From Escherichia coli (GTDB taxonomy: Bacteria > Pseudomonadota > Gammaproteobacteria > Enterobacterales > Enterobacteriaceae), in assembly GCF_016903815.1 (NCBI RefSeq), contig NZ_CP069973.1: a DNA stretch of 64,000 bases; one strand, written 5' to 3'. The notes beneath the pieces are model-generated. The model was not told where the DNA came from, made no database searches, and was given only the letters and a program-made list of their open reading frames with translations. Below, in pieces: positions 36,361 through 47,950 of the stretch. The translations under genes and the position numbers were made by a program. Every line of letters begins with the position of its first letter. Within the stretch, counting starts at the first letter, position 1.

Positions 36361-36414
36361 TGGTGTTCACAATGCCCGCCGAACGCATTCGTGTTGACCA
36401 GCGGGCACCCTTTC

Positions 36415-37224
36415 TCACTCCCCGACCAGAATCACTTCAACCCCAGCCTTTCGCAGCCCTTCCAGGCTATCCGCAGGAATGCCTTCATCAACAATGATCA
36501 TGTCGATACGTTGAGTATCAATGATCTTATGTAAACTGGAACGATTGAATTTACTGGAATCGGTGACCACGATGATCCGTTCCGCAACTTCGCACATCCG
36601 GCGGTTTAAACGGGCTTCATCTTCATTATGCGTACTGACGCCGCGCTCCAGATCGATCGCATCTACGCCAAGAAACAGCATATCGAAGTGGTAATTTTGC
36701 AGCGATTGTTCAGCCTGATCGCCGTAAAAAGATTGCGACTGACGGCGCAAATGCCCGCCGGTCATCAGCAGCTCAACGCCTTCCGCTTCCAGCAACGCAT
36801 TAGCCACGTTCATACCGTTGGTCATCGCAATTACGTCAGTGTGCTTGCGCATCAGACGAGCAATCTCAAAAGTGGTGGTCCCGGAATCGAGGATCACCCG
36901 ATGACCTGGCTGAATCAACTCAACGGCAGCTTTCGCAACGCTGCGTTTCATCGCGGTGTTCAGCGCGCTTTTATCTTCCACTGATGGCTCGACTGACGGC
37001 GTGGTGCTATCGCAGATCAACGCGCCGCCATAGGCACGCACAGCGATCCCCTGCTTTTCCAGAAACGCCAGATCGTTGCGGATCGTCACAGTAGATACGC
37101 CATACAATGCCGACAGATCGTTAACCTGCACACTCCCTTGCTGTCGCAGACGCTGAATGATCTGTTCTCGTCGCTCGCTGGTGCCTGTCATTCGCTTCTC
37201 ACCTGAAGCGTCGGTATTACTCAT
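36415..37224 (-). CDS. agaR: DeoR-family repressor of aga genes
   Basis: 269-aa [62 protein letters not shown]... Confidence 0.92.
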   Translation of the reverse strand: MSNTDASGEKRMTGTSERREQIIQRLRQQGSVQVNDLSALYGVSTVTIRNDLAFLEKQGIAVRAYGGALICDSTTPSVEPSVEDKSALNTAMKRSVAKAAVELIQPGHRVILDSGTTTFEIARLMRKHTDVIAMTNGMNVANALLEAEGVELLMTGGHLRRQSQSFYGDQAEQSLQNYHFDMLFLGVDAIDLERGVSTHNEDEARLNRRMCEVAERIIVVTDSSKFNRSSLHKIIDTQRIDMIIVDEGIPADSLEGLRKAGVEVILVGE

Positions 37225-37472
37225 AGTAAGTCCTTTCGTAAAACTTTCGTTTCATTTCGTTTTGCCTATTAACGCCTTTCTATTAAGCAAATGCAAGCCC
37301 ACCTTACCCATTGGCGCAAGCTACTCTCGTTTCAGTGGCTTTCATTATGTTTCTTTTGTGAATCAGATCAGAAAACTATTATCTTTCGTTTTATTTTTAT
37401 CTCACCATGGCGCAGTATCAACTGAAACAAAACGAAAGATTAATATCGCAGTAATCTGAACTGGAGAGGAAA
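37225..37472. promoter_or_regulatory. agaR/kbaZ divergent control region with repeated AgaR-type operator motifs
   Basis: Repeated tttcgtttcatttcgtttt, tctttcgttttattttt and aaacaaaacgaaagatt blocks resembling the remembered AgaR site pattern (TTTCRTTTYRTTTY). Confidence 0.65.
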
Positions 37473-38753
37473 GTGAAACATCTGACAGAAATGGTGAGAC
37501 AGCACAAAGAGGGCAAAACAAATGGGATTTATGCCGTTTGTTCCGCACATCCGCTGGTGCTGGAAGCTGCAATCCGCTACGCCAGTGCAAACCAAACGCC
37601 GTTACTGATTGAAGCAACCTCCAATCAGGTAGACCAGTTCGGCGGTTATACCGGAATGACGCCCGCCGATTTTCGCGGCTTTGTTTGTCAGCTCGCCGAC
37701 TCGTTGAATTTCCCACAGGATGCGTTGATTCTGGGTGGCGACCATCTGGGTCCAAACCGCTGGCAAAGCCTGCCTGCCGCTCAGGCAATGGCCAATGCCG
37801 ATGATTTGATTAAAAGCTACGTGGCGGCAGGATTCAAAAAAATTCACCTTGATTGCAGCATGTCCTGTCAGGACGATCCAATTCCCTTAACTGATGACAT
37901 CGTGGCTGAACGCGCCGCACGTCTGGCGAAAGTGGCGGAAGAAACCTGTCTTGAACACTTTGGCGAAGCCGATCTGGAGTATGTCATTGGTACCGAAGTA
38001 CCGGTACCTGGCGGCGCGCATGAAACCTTAAGCGAGCTGGCGGTCACCACGCCGGATGCCGCCCGCGCCACGCTGGAAGCCCATCGTCACGCCTTTGAAA
38101 AGCAAGGTTTGAATGCCATCTGGTCACGCATCATTGCCCTGGTGGTTCAACCCGGCGTCGAATTCGATCACACCAACGTTATTGATTATCAGCCCGCCAA
38201 AGCGAGCGCCTTAAGCCAGATGGTCGAAAACTACGAAACGCTGATTTTCGAAGCGCACTCTACCGATTATCAAACGCCGCAATCGCTGCGCCAGCTGGTG
38301 ATTGACCACTTTGCCATTCTGAAAGTTGGCCCGGCGCTGACCTTCGCCCTGCGTGAAGCTCTGTTCTCTCTGGCGGCGATTGAAGAAGAACTGGTACCAG
38401 CGAAAGCCTGTTCCGGTCTGCGTCAGGTGCTGGAAAACGTGATGCTCGACCGCCCGGAATACTGGCAAAGCCACTACCACGGTGACGGCAACGCACGTCG
38501 CCTGGCGCGTGGTTATAGCTACTCGGATCGCGTGCGCTATTACTGGCCGGACAGCCAGATTGATGACGCTTTCGCTCATCTGGTTCGTAATCTGGCGGAT
38601 TCACCAATTCCGCTACCGCTCATCAGCCAGTATCTGCCGCTGCAATACGTGAAAGTTCGCTCCGGCAAGCTGCAACCGACGCCACGGGAACTCATTATCA
38701 ACCATATTCAGGACATCCTGGCGCAGTACCACACAGCCTGTGAAGGCCAATAA
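37473..38753 (+). CDS. kbaZ: tagatose-1,6-bisphosphate aldolase accessory subunit
   Basis: 426-aa ORF from GTG; [62 protein letters not shown]... Confidence 0.9.
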   Translation: MKHLTEMVRQHKEGKTNGIYAVCSAHPLVLEAAIRYASANQTPLLIEATSNQVDQFGGYTGMTPADFRGFVCQLADSLNFPQDALILGGDHLGPNRWQSLPAAQAMANADDLIKSYVAAGFKKIHLDCSMSCQDDPIPLTDDIVAERAARLAKVAEETCLEHFGEADLEYVIGTEVPVPGGAHETLSELAVTTPDAARATLEAHRHAFEKQGLNAIWSRIIALVVQPGVEFDHTNVIDYQPAKASALSQMVENYETLIFEAHSTDYQTPQSLRQLVIDHFAILKVGPALTFALREALFSLAAIEEELVPAKACSGLRQVLENVMLDRPEYWQSHYHGDGNARRLARGYSYSDRVRYYWPDSQIDDAFAHLVRNLADSPIPLPLISQYLPLQYVKVRSGKLQPTPRELIINHIQDILAQYHTACEGQ

Positions 38754-38775
38754 GCAAAACAAAGAGGAACACGCT

Positions 38776-39249
38776 ATGCCAAATATTGTTTTAAGCCGGA
38801 TTGATGAACGCTTGATTCACGGTCAGGTCGGCGTTCAGTGGGTCGGATTTGCGGGGGCAAATCTGGTGCTGGTAGCCAACGATGAGGTTGCCGAAGATCC
38901 GGTACAACAAAACCTGATGGAAATGGTACTGGCAGAAGGGATCGCCGTACGTTTCTGGACGCTGCAAAAAGTCATCGACAACATTCATCGCGCCGCCGAT
39001 CGACAGAAAATCCTGCTGGTTTGTAAAACACCTGCCGATTTCCTGACGCTGGTGAAAGGTGGCGTTCCGGTGAATCGCATTAACGTTGGCAATATGCACT
39101 ACGCCAATGGCAAGCAACAAATCGCCAAAACGGTTTCTGTGGATGCGGGCGATATCGCAGCATTTAACGACCTGAAAGCCGCTGGGGTGGAATGCTTCGT
39201 TCAGGGCGTCCCGACAGAGCCTGCTGTGGACCTCTTTAAATTACTTTGA
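38776..39249 (+). CDS. agaV: PTS N-acetylgalactosamine-specific EIIB
   Basis: ORF 38740..39249; MPNIVLSRIDERLIHGQVGVQWVGFAGANLVLVAND... (157 aa). Confidence 0.9.
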   Translation: MPNIVLSRIDERLIHGQVGVQWVGFAGANLVLVANDEVAEDPVQQNLMEMVLAEGIAVRFWTLQKVIDNIHRAADRQKILLVCKTPADFLTLVKGGVPVNRINVGNMHYANGKQQIAKTVSVDAGDIAAFNDLKAAGVECFVQGVPTEPAVDLFKLL

Positions 39250-39259
39250 GGGATTCATC

Positions 39260-40039
39260 ATGGAAATCAGTCTGTTGCAGGCATTCGCGTTGGGCATTAT
39301 CGCCTTTATCGCTGGCCTGGATATGTTTAACGGCTTAACCCATATGCACCGCCCGGTGGTCCTCGGCCCATTGGTCGGGCTGGTACTTGGCGATCTGCAT
39401 ACCGGTATTTTAACCGGCGGTACGCTGGAACTGGTGTGGATGGGGCTGGCCCCGCTGGCAGGCGCACAACCGCCTAACGTGATTATCGGTACTATCGTCG
39501 GCACGGCGTTTGCCATTACTACTGGCGTGAAACCCGATGTCGCGGTCGGTGTCGCCGTACCTTTCGCTGTCGCAGTACAGATGGGGATTACCTTCCTGTT
39601 CTCGGTGATGTCTGGCGTGATGTCCCGCTGCGACCGGATGGCGGAGAACGCCGATACACGCGGCATTGAACGCGTGAACTATCTGGCATTGCTGGCACTC
39701 GGCACTTTCTATTTTCTCTGCGCTTTCCTGCCTATCTACTTCGGCGCAGAACATGCCAAAACCATCATTGATGTCCTGCCGCAACGATTAATCGACGGCC
39801 TCGGCGTCGCGGGCGGCATCATGCCAGCAATCGGTTTTGCCGTGCTGCTGAAAATCATGATGAAAAACGTCTACATCCCCTACTTCATCCTGGGCTTTGT
39901 TGCCGCAGCCTGGCTCAAGTTACCTGTGCTGGCTATTGCTGCCGCCGCGCTGGCGATGGCGCTGATCGACCTGCTGCGTAAATCTCCTGAACCGACTCAA
40001 CCTGCGGCACAGAAAGAGGAATTTGAAGATGGCATCTAA
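39260..40039 (+). CDS. agaW: PTS N-acetylgalactosamine-specific EIIC (full length)
   Basis: 259-aa ORF MEISLLQAFALGIIAFIAGLDMFNGLTHMHRPVVLGPLVGLVLGD...; mannose-family IIC. Confidence 0.88.
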   Translation: MEISLLQAFALGIIAFIAGLDMFNGLTHMHRPVVLGPLVGLVLGDLHTGILTGGTLELVWMGLAPLAGAQPPNVIIGTIVGTAFAITTGVKPDVAVGVAVPFAVAVQMGITFLFSVMSGVMSRCDRMAENADTRGIERVNYLALLALGTFYFLCAFLPIYFGAEHAKTIIDVLPQRLIDGLGVAGGIMPAIGFAVLLKIMMKNVYIPYFILGFVAAAWLKLPVLAIAAAALAMALIDLLRKSPEPTQPAAQKEEFEDGI

Positions 40040-40907
40040 TCAAACCACCCTGCCGAACGTCAGTGAAAACGAAGAAACACTGCTGACTGGCGTCAATGAA
40101 AACGTGTATGAAGATCAGAGCATTGGCGCGGAGCTGACGAAAAAAGATATCAACCGCGTCGCCTGGCGTTCCATGCTGTTACAAGCGTCTTTTAACTACG
40201 AACGTATGCAGGCTTCTGGCTGGTTGTACGGTCTGCTGCCTGCTCTGAAAAAGATCCACACTAATAAACGCGACCTGGCGCGCGCCATGAAAGGGCATAT
40301 GGGTTTCTTCAATACCCATCCGTTTCTGGTGACGTTTGTTATCGGCATTATCCTTGCGATGGAGCGTTCTAAGCAGGACGTTAACAGTATTCAGAGCACC
40401 AAAATTGCCGTCGGTGCGCCGCTCGGCGGGATTGGCGATGCGATGTTCTGGCTAACGCTACTGCCGATTTGTGGCGGGATAGGCGCAAGCCTCGCGCTAC
40501 AAGGCTCTATTCTTGGCGCTGTCGTCTTTATTGTGCTGTTCAACGTGGTGCACCTGGGGCTGCGTTTTGGTCTGGCGCATTATGCTTACCGCATGGGCGT
40601 GGCGGCGATTCCACTCATTAAAGCAAATACCAAAAAAGTCGGCCATGCGGCATCTATCGTTGGGATGACGGTAATCGGCGCGCTGGTGGCAACCTATGTT
40701 CGTTTAAGCACCACGCTGGAAATCACCGCGGGCGACGCAGTGGTTAAGTTACAGGCTGATGTTATCGACAAACTGATGCCAGCCTTCTTACCGCTGGTCT
40801 ACACCCTGACCATGTTCTGGCTGGTACGCCGCGGCTGGAGTCCGCTGCGCCTGATTGCGATTACCGTGGTTCTCGGCATCGTCGGTAAATTCTGCCATTT
40901 CCTTTAA
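40029..40907 (+). CDS. agaE: PTS N-acetylgalactosamine-specific EIID
   Basis: ORF 40023..40907; MASNQTTLPNVSENEETLLTG... mannose-family IID; overlaps agaW end. Confidence 0.88.
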   Translation: MASNQTTLPNVSENEETLLTGVNENVYEDQSIGAELTKKDINRVAWRSMLLQASFNYERMQASGWLYGLLPALKKIHTNKRDLARAMKGHMGFFNTHPFLVTFVIGIILAMERSKQDVNSIQSTKIAVGAPLGGIGDAMFWLTLLPICGGIGASLALQGSILGAVVFIVLFNVVHLGLRFGLAHYAYRMGVAAIPLIKANTKKVGHAASIVGMTVIGALVATYVRLSTTLEITAGDAVVKLQADVIDKLMPAFLPLVYTLTMFWLVRRGWSPLRLIAITVVLGIVGKFCHFL

Positions 40908-40924
40908 ATACAATGAGGTATTAG

Positions 40925-41359
40925 ATGTTAAGTATTATTTTGACAGGGCATGGCGGATTTGCCAGCGGCATGGAAAAAGCAATGAAGCAAATCCTCGGCG
41001 AGCAATCGCAGTTTATTGCCATCGATTTTCCCGAAACCTCAAGCACCGCGCTGCTTACATCGCAGCTTGAAGAGGCCATCGCCCAACTCGATTGTGAAGA
41101 CGGCATTGTTTTTCTGACGGATTTGCTGGGCGGCACGCCGTTTCGCGTAGCTTCAACGCTGGCGATGCAAAAACCGGGCTGTGAAGTGATCACCGGCACC
41201 AATTTGCAACTGCTACTGGAGATGGTGCTGGAGCGCGAAGGGTTAAGCGGTGAAGAGTTCCGTGTGCAGGCGCTGGAGTGTGGACATCGTGGGCTGACCA
41301 GTCTGGTGGACGAGTTAGGCCGCTGCCATGAAGAATGTCCGGTCGAGGAAGGAATATGA
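40925..41359 (+). CDS. agaF: PTS EIIA component (mannose family)
   Basis: 144-aa ORF MLSIILTGHGGFASGMEKAMKQILGEQSQFIAIDFPETSS... Confidence 0.88.
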   Translation: MLSIILTGHGGFASGMEKAMKQILGEQSQFIAIDFPETSSTALLTSQLEEAIAQLDCEDGIVFLTDLLGGTPFRVASTLAMQKPGCEVITGTNLQLLLEMVLEREGLSGEEFRVQALECGHRGLTSLVDELGRCHEECPVEEGI

Positions 41360-42489
41360 CACACGTTCTGCGCGCCAGAAGGCTGCTGACTGAAGAGGGA
41401 TGGCTCGATGACCATCAGTTGCGTATTGCTGACGGTGTAATCGCAGCAATCGAACCGATTCCAGTGGGCGTGACTGAACGCGATGCGGAACTGCTCTGCC
41501 CCGCTTACATCGACACCCATGTACATGGTGGTGCGGGCGTTGATGTAATGGATGACGCGCCGGATGTGCTCGACAAGCTGGCAATGCACAAAGCACGCGA
41601 AGGTGTCGGCAGTTGGTTACCGACCACCGTAACCGCGCCGCTTAATACCATTCATGCGGCGCTGAAACGTATTGCTCAACGTTGCCAACGCGGCGGACCT
41701 GGTGCGCAAGTGCTGGGGAGTTATCTCGAAGGACCGTACTTCACGCCGCAGAATAAAGGCGCGCATCCGCCGGAGCTGTTTCGCGAGCTGGAAATTGCCG
41801 AGCAGGATCAATTGATTGCCGTTTCTCAGCACACCTTGCGCGTGGTAGCGCTGGCACCGGAAAAAGAAGGGGCATTGCAGGCCATCCGCCATCTTAAACA
41901 GCAAAACGTACGGGTGATGCTGGGGCATAGCGCGGCGACCTGGCAACAAACCCGTGCCGCGTTTGACGCTGGTGCCGACGGCCTGGTGCATTGCTATAAC
42001 GGGATGACAGGTTTACATCACCGCGAACCGGGAATGGTTGGCGCGGGATTAACGGACAAGCGCGCCTGGCTGGAACTGATAGCCGATGGTCATCATGTGC
42101 ATCCGGCGGCGATGTCGCTGTGTTGTTGCTGTGCGAAAGAGAGAATCGTGCTGATCACCGACGCGATGCAGGCAGCCGGGATGCCGGATGGTCGCTATAC
42201 GTTATGTGGCGAAGAAGTGCAGATGCACGGTGGCGTTGTCCGTACCGCGTCCGGTGGACTGGCGGGCAGTACGCTGTCTGTTGATGCGGCAGTGCGCAAT
42301 ATGGTCGAGTTGACGGACGTAACGCCTGCGGAAGCCATCCATATGGCGTCGCTGCATCCGGCGCGTATGCTGGGTGTTGATGATGTTCTGGGATCGCTTA
42401 AACCGGGCAAACGCGCCAGCGTCGTTGCGCTGGATAGCGGGCTGCATGTGCAACAAATCTGGATTCAGGGTCAATTAGCTTCGTTTTGA
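41356..42489 (+). CDS. agaA: N-acetylgalactosamine-6-phosphate deacetylase (full length)
   Basis: ORF 41335..42489; MTHVLRARRLLTEEGWLDDHQLRIADGVIAAIEP... (377 aa), NagA-like; start overlaps agaF stop (ATGA). Confidence 0.88.
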   Translation: MTHVLRARRLLTEEGWLDDHQLRIADGVIAAIEPIPVGVTERDAELLCPAYIDTHVHGGAGVDVMDDAPDVLDKLAMHKAREGVGSWLPTTVTAPLNTIHAALKRIAQRCQRGGPGAQVLGSYLEGPYFTPQNKGAHPPELFRELEIAEQDQLIAVSQHTLRVVALAPEKEGALQAIRHLKQQNVRVMLGHSAATWQQTRAAFDAGADGLVHCYNGMTGLHHREPGMVGAGLTDKRAWLELIADGHHVHPAAMSLCCCCAKERIVLITDAMQAAGMPDGRYTLCGEEVQMHGGVVRTASGGLAGSTLSVDAAVRNMVELTDVTPAEAIHMASLHPARMLGVDDVLGSLKPGKRASVVALDSGLHVQQIWIQGQLASF

Positions 42490-42562
42490 TGGTTTGCTCC
42501 TTTATTGGGCCTTCACTTCCCCCGTAAGGCCTTTCTTTTTCTTTCTTTTTGATCTGTGCAGC

Positions 42563-42620
42563 GGTGTCGGATGCGACGCTGACGCGTCTTATGCGACCTA
42601 CGGTACGCCGCATCCGGCAA
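42563..42620. repeat. REP palindromic element
   Basis: gtcggatgcgacgctgacgcgtcttatgcgacctacggtacgccgcatccggca. Confidence 0.75.
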
Positions 42621-42649
42621 TCGGTGCACATAGCAACGTCATCATGCAA

Positions 42650-42839
42650 TTCTTTAATCTTCCCTTGTCTTTTCTTTCAACGATCACAAATTTCGTTTTA
42701 TTTCTTTTTTCTCCATTGAACTTTCAGTTTCTTTTCTATAGATTTTAATCAACGAAAGACATCACCAAATGAAATGAAACGAAAGGTAAGCGAAAGCGAC
42801 AACGCCCGACGTCAAGTTCATCAGACTAAGGATTGAGTT
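42650..42839. promoter_or_regulatory. agaS promoter region with AgaR-type operator repeats
   Basis: aaatttcgttttatttctttt and inverted tttcgtttcatttcatttggtg blocks upstream of agaS. Confidence 0.65.
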
Positions 42840-43994
42840 ATGCCAGAAAATTACACCCCTGCTGCTGCCGCAACCGGTACATGGACTGAAGAAGAGATCC
42901 GCCATCAGCCTCGCGCATGGATCCGTTCACTCACCAACATCGACGCGCTACGTTCCGCGCTCAATAACTTCCTTGAACCGTTACTGCGCAAAGAGAATCT
43001 GCGGGTAATCCTGACCGGAGCCGGAACCTCGGCATTTATCGGTGACATCATCGCGCCGTGGCTCGCCAGCCATACCGATAAAAACTTCAGCGCCGTACCG
43101 ACCACCGATCTGGTCACCAATCCGATGGACTACCTGAATCCAGCTCATCCACTGCTGTTGATCTCCTTCGGTCGATCCGGCAACAGCCCGGAAAGCGTCG
43201 CCGCCGTGGAACTGGCAAATCAATTTGTACCCGAGTGCTATCACCTGCCGATCACCTGCAACGAAGCGGGCGCTCTTTACCAAAACGCGATCAACAGCGA
43301 CAACGCGTTTGCCCTGCTGATGCCCGCAGAAACGCACGATCGCGGCTTTGCGATGACCAGCAGCATTACCACCATGATGGCCAGCTGCCTCGCGGTTTTC
43401 GCACCTGAGACGATCAACAGCCAGAGCTTCCGCGACGTGGCGGATCGTTGCCAGGCGATCCTGACCTCACTGGGCGATTTCAGCGAAGGTGTGTTTGGTT
43501 ACGCACCGTGGAAACGGATCGTTTATCTCGGCAGCGGTGGCTTACAGGGCGCAGCACGCGAGTCGGCGCTGAAAGTACTGGAACTGACGGCGGGTAAACT
43601 GGCGGCCTTTTATGATTCCCCGACCGGATTCCGTCATGGCCCGAAATCGCTGGTCGATAACGAAACGCTGGTGGTGGTATTTGTCTCCAGCCACCCTTAC
43701 ACCCGCCAGTATGATCTTGATCTGCTGGCTGAACTTCGTCGTGACAACCAGGCAATGCGCGTAATCGCTATCGCCGCGGAAAGCAACGACGTTATTACCG
43801 CCGGTCCACATATCATCCTGCCGCCGTCACGTCACTTTATCGACGTTGAGCAGGCATTTTGCTTCCTGATGTACGCCCAGACGTTTGCACTGATGCAGTC
43901 GCTGCACATGGGCAATACGCCGGATACCCCATCAGCCAGTGGCACCGTTAACCGCGTGGTGCAAGGCGTAATCATTCATCCGTGGCAGGCATAA
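42840..43994 (+). CDS. agaS: galactosamine-6-phosphate deaminase/isomerase (SIS domains)
   Basis: 384-aa ORF MPENYTPAAAATGTWTEEEIRHQPRAWIRSLTNIDALRSALNNFLEP... Confidence 0.9.
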   Translation: MPENYTPAAAATGTWTEEEIRHQPRAWIRSLTNIDALRSALNNFLEPLLRKENLRVILTGAGTSAFIGDIIAPWLASHTDKNFSAVPTTDLVTNPMDYLNPAHPLLLISFGRSGNSPESVAAVELANQFVPECYHLPITCNEAGALYQNAINSDNAFALLMPAETHDRGFAMTSSITTMMASCLAVFAPETINSQSFRDVADRCQAILTSLGDFSEGVFGYAPWKRIVYLGSGGLQGAARESALKVLELTAGKLAAFYDSPTGFRHGPKSLVDNETLVVVFVSSHPYTRQYDLDLLAELRRDNQAMRVIAIAAESNDVITAGPHIILPPSRHFIDVEQAFCFLMYAQTFALMQSLHMGNTPDTPSASGTVNRVVQGVIIHPWQA

Positions 43995-44867
<873 letters not shown>

Positions 44868-45033
44868 TCATTAGTTTTTTATGATTTATCCCAATGTACT
44901 TCCCGATTAATATCGGGGAGTGCCTTAATGGTAAAGGAGATAACTAAACCTTAATAAATACATCAGTACAATACCGCAACAATAATATATTTAAAAAGAT
45001 TATATTATTCAACTTTATGGTGAGGATTACACA

Positions 45034-45510
45034 ATGAGCAGTCCAAATATTCTCTTAACCCGTATTGATAACCGTCTGGTTCACGGTCAGGTTGGCGTGA
45101 CCTGGACATCCACCATCGGTGCGAATCTGCTGGTAGTCGTGGATGATGTTGTCGCTAACGATGATATTCAACAGAAATTAATGGGTATTACCGCAGAAAC
45201 CTACGGCTTTGGCATTCGTTTCTTTACTATCGAAAAAACCATTAACGTCATCGGCAAAGCTGCACCGCATCAGAAGATCTTCCTGATTTGCCGCACGCCA
45301 CAAACGGTACGTAAATTGGTAGAAGGTGGCATTGACCTGAAAGATGTCAACGTCGGCAATATGCATTTCTCGGAAGGGAAAAAGCAAATCAGCAGTAAAG
45401 TTTATGTCGATGACCAGGATCTCACGGACTTACGTTTTATTAAACAACGTGGCGTGAATGTTTTCATTCAGGACGTCCCTGGCGATCAAAAAGAACAAAT
45501 CCCTGACTAA
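45034..45510 (+). CDS. agaB: PTS galactosamine-specific EIIB
   Basis: 158-aa ORF MSSPNILLTRIDNRLVHGQVGVTWTSTIGANLLVVVDD... Confidence 0.9.
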   Translation: MSSPNILLTRIDNRLVHGQVGVTWTSTIGANLLVVVDDVVANDDIQQKLMGITAETYGFGIRFFTIEKTINVIGKAAPHQKIFLICRTPQTVRKLVEGGIDLKDVNVGNMHFSEGKKQISSKVYVDDQDLTDLRFIKQRGVNVFIQDVPGDQKEQIPD

Positions 45511-45548
45511 ATCTAAAATCGCCTTAATATTGGTTTGAGGTAATAAAA

Positions 45549-46352
45549 ATGCATGAAATAACCCTACTTCAGGGATTATCCCTGGCGGCGTTAGTTTTCG
45601 TTCTGGGGATTGATTTTTGGCTGGAAGCCTTATTTTTATTCCGCCCGATAATCGTTTGTACCCTAACTGGCGCTATTCTCGGTGATATTCAGACTGGCTT
45701 AATTACCGGTGGTCTGACAGAGTTGGCTTTCGCCGGATTAACCCCTGCAGGTGGTGTTCAGCCGCCCAACCCGATTATGGCGGGTCTGATGACCACTGTC
45801 ATTGCATGGTCTACGGGCGTTGATGCCAAAACGGCAATTGGTCTTGGCCTGCCGTTTAGTTTGTTAATGCAGTACGTCATTCTGTTCTTCTATTCCGCTT
45901 TCTCATTATTTATGACCAAAGCCGATAAATGCGCAAAAGAGGCGGATACGGCAGCGTTTTCCCGACTTAACTGGACAACGATGCTCATCGTCGCTTCAGC
46001 GTATGCGGTGATTGCTTTCCTCTGTACTTACCTGGCACAGGGGGCGATGCAGGCGCTGGTGAAAGCGATGCCCGCCTGGCTGACCCACGGCTTTGAAGTG
46101 GCTGGCGGTATTCTGCCTGCCGTTGGTTTTGGCTTGCTGCTGCGCGTGATGTTCAAAGCGCAATATATCCCTTACCTGATCGCCGGTTTCCTGTTTGTTT
46201 GCTACATCCAGGTCAGCAACCTGTTGCCGGTTGCCGTACTGGGCGCAGGCTTTGCGGTGTATGAGTTTTTCAATGCGAAATCCCGGCAGCAAGCGCAACC
46301 GCAGCCCGTTGCCAGTAAAAATGAAGAAGAGGACTACAGCAATGGGATCTGA
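45549..46352 (+). CDS. agaC: PTS galactosamine-specific EIIC
   Basis: 267-aa ORF MHEITLLQGLSLAALVFVLGIDFWLEALFLFRPIIVCTLTGAILGD... Confidence 0.9.
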   Translation: MHEITLLQGLSLAALVFVLGIDFWLEALFLFRPIIVCTLTGAILGDIQTGLITGGLTELAFAGLTPAGGVQPPNPIMAGLMTTVIAWSTGVDAKTAIGLGLPFSLLMQYVILFFYSAFSLFMTKADKCAKEADTAAFSRLNWTTMLIVASAYAVIAFLCTYLAQGAMQALVKAMPAWLTHGFEVAGGILPAVGFGLLLRVMFKAQYIPYLIAGFLFVCYIQVSNLLPVAVLGAGFAVYEFFNAKSRQQAQPQPVASKNEEEDYSNGI

Positions 46353-47133
46353 AATCAGTAAAAAAGATATCACCCGTCTGGGCTTTCGTTCGTCACTGCT
46401 GCAAGCGAGCTTTAATTACGAAAGGATGCAGGCGGGCGGTTTTACCTGGGCGATGTTGCCGATCCTGAAAAAGATTTATAAGGACGACAAACCGGGCCTA
46501 AGCGCGGCGATGAAAGATAACCTCGAATTTATTAATACCCACCCGAATCTGGTCGGATTCCTGATGGGGTTATTAATTTCGATGGAAGAAAAAGGAGAAA
46601 ACCGCGACACCATTAAAGGCCTCAAAGTAGCACTGTTTGGCCCAATCGCCGGGATTGGCGATGCGATTTTCTGGTTTACCTTATTGCCGATTATGGCGGG
46701 AATTTGCTCATCATTTGCCAGCCAGGGAAACTTGCTGGGGCCGATTCTATTTTTCGCCGTTTACCTGCTTATCTTTTTCCTGCGCGTCGGCTGGACCCAC
46801 GTCGGTTATTCAGTCGGCGTGAAGGCGATCGATAAAGTGCGAGAGAACTCGCAGATGATTGCTCGCTCGGCAACCATCCTCGGGATCACGGTAATCGGCG
46901 GGCTGATCGCTTCGTATGTGCATATTAACGTGGTGACATCGTTTGCCATCGACAGTACCCACAGCGTCGCGCTGCAACAGGATTTCTTCGATAAAGTCTT
47001 CCCGAACATTTTACCGATGGCCTACACCCTGCTGATGTATTACTTTCTGCGGGTGAAAAAAGCGCATCCGGTGCTGTTAATCGGCGTGACTTTTGTGCTC
47101 TCTATTGTTTGTTCCGCATTCGGCATTTTGTAA
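46342..47133 (+). CDS. agaD: PTS galactosamine-specific EIID
   Basis: ORF 46195..47133; MGSEISKKDITRLGFRSSLLQASFNYERMQAGGFTWAMLPILKK... (263 aa); overlaps agaC end. Confidence 0.9.
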   Translation: MGSEISKKDITRLGFRSSLLQASFNYERMQAGGFTWAMLPILKKIYKDDKPGLSAAMKDNLEFINTHPNLVGFLMGLLISMEEKGENRDTIKGLKVALFGPIAGIGDAIFWFTLLPIMAGICSSFASQGNLLGPILFFAVYLLIFFLRVGWTHVGYSVGVKAIDKVRENSQMIARSATILGITVIGGLIASYVHINVVTSFAIDSTHSVALQQDFFDKVFPNILPMAYTLLMYYFLRVKKAHPVLLIGVTFVLSIVCSAFGIL

Positions 47134-47901
47134 ATGGAACGAGGCACTGCGTCTGGTGGTGCCTCTTTACTTAAGGAATTTCATCCTGTGCAAACCCTTC
47201 AGCAAGTTGAAAACTATATGGCGTTAAGTGAACGTGCCAGCGAATATTTATTGGCCGTGATCCGTAGCAAACCGGATGCCGTGATTTGCCTGGCGACCGG
47301 AGCCACGCCATTACTGACGTATCATTATCTGGTAGAAAAAATCCACCAGCAGCAGGTTGATGTCAGCCAGCTCACCTTCGTGAAGCTCGACGAATGGGTG
47401 GATCTGCCATTAACTATGCCTGGTACCTGCGAAACTTTCCTGCAACAGCATATCGTGCAGCCGCTGGGGCTGCGTGAAGACCAGCTCATCAGCTTTCGCT
47501 CCGAAGAGATAAATGAGACAGAGTGCGAACGGGTAACGCACCTGATTGCGCGCAAAGGCGGTCTGGATTTATGCGTTCTCGGGTTGGGGAAAAACGGTCA
47601 TCTTGGGCTGAACGAACCGGGAGAAAGCCTGCAACCGGCCTGCCATATCAGTCAACTTGATGCCAGAACACAGCAACATGAGATGTTAAAAACCGCGGGC
47701 CGTCCCGTGACTCGTGGGATCACCTTAGGCCTGAAGGATATTCTCAATGCCCGCGAAGTTTTGTTACTGGTGACTGGCGAAGGAAAGCAGGATGCGACAG
47801 AACGTTTTCTCACGGCTAAAGTCTCTACCGCTATCCCGGCTTCATTTTTATGGCTGCATAACTATTTCACATGCATGATTGATGAGATGTGTCGTCGTTA
47901 A
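47134..47901 (+). CDS. agaI: putative galactosamine-6-phosphate deaminase/isomerase (NagB-like)
   Basis: 255-aa ORF MERGTASGGASLLKEFHPVQTLQQVENYMALSERASEYLLAVIRSKPDAVICLATGATP... Confidence 0.88.
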   Translation: MERGTASGGASLLKEFHPVQTLQQVENYMALSERASEYLLAVIRSKPDAVICLATGATPLLTYHYLVEKIHQQQVDVSQLTFVKLDEWVDLPLTMPGTCETFLQQHIVQPLGLREDQLISFRSEEINETECERVTHLIARKGGLDLCVLGLGKNGHLGLNEPGESLQPACHISQLDARTQQHEMLKTAGRPVTRGITLGLKDILNAREVLLLVTGEGKQDATERFLTAKVSTAIPASFLWLHNYFTCMIDEMCRR

Positions 47902-47950
47902 CTCGCCTGCTACAGGCGTTGCAACGCTATTCCTGCTGCGACGCCTGTAA

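Noticed and set aside
40921-41589. 222-aa minus-strand ORF
   Set aside because: Antisense to agaF/agaA, which are strongly supported.
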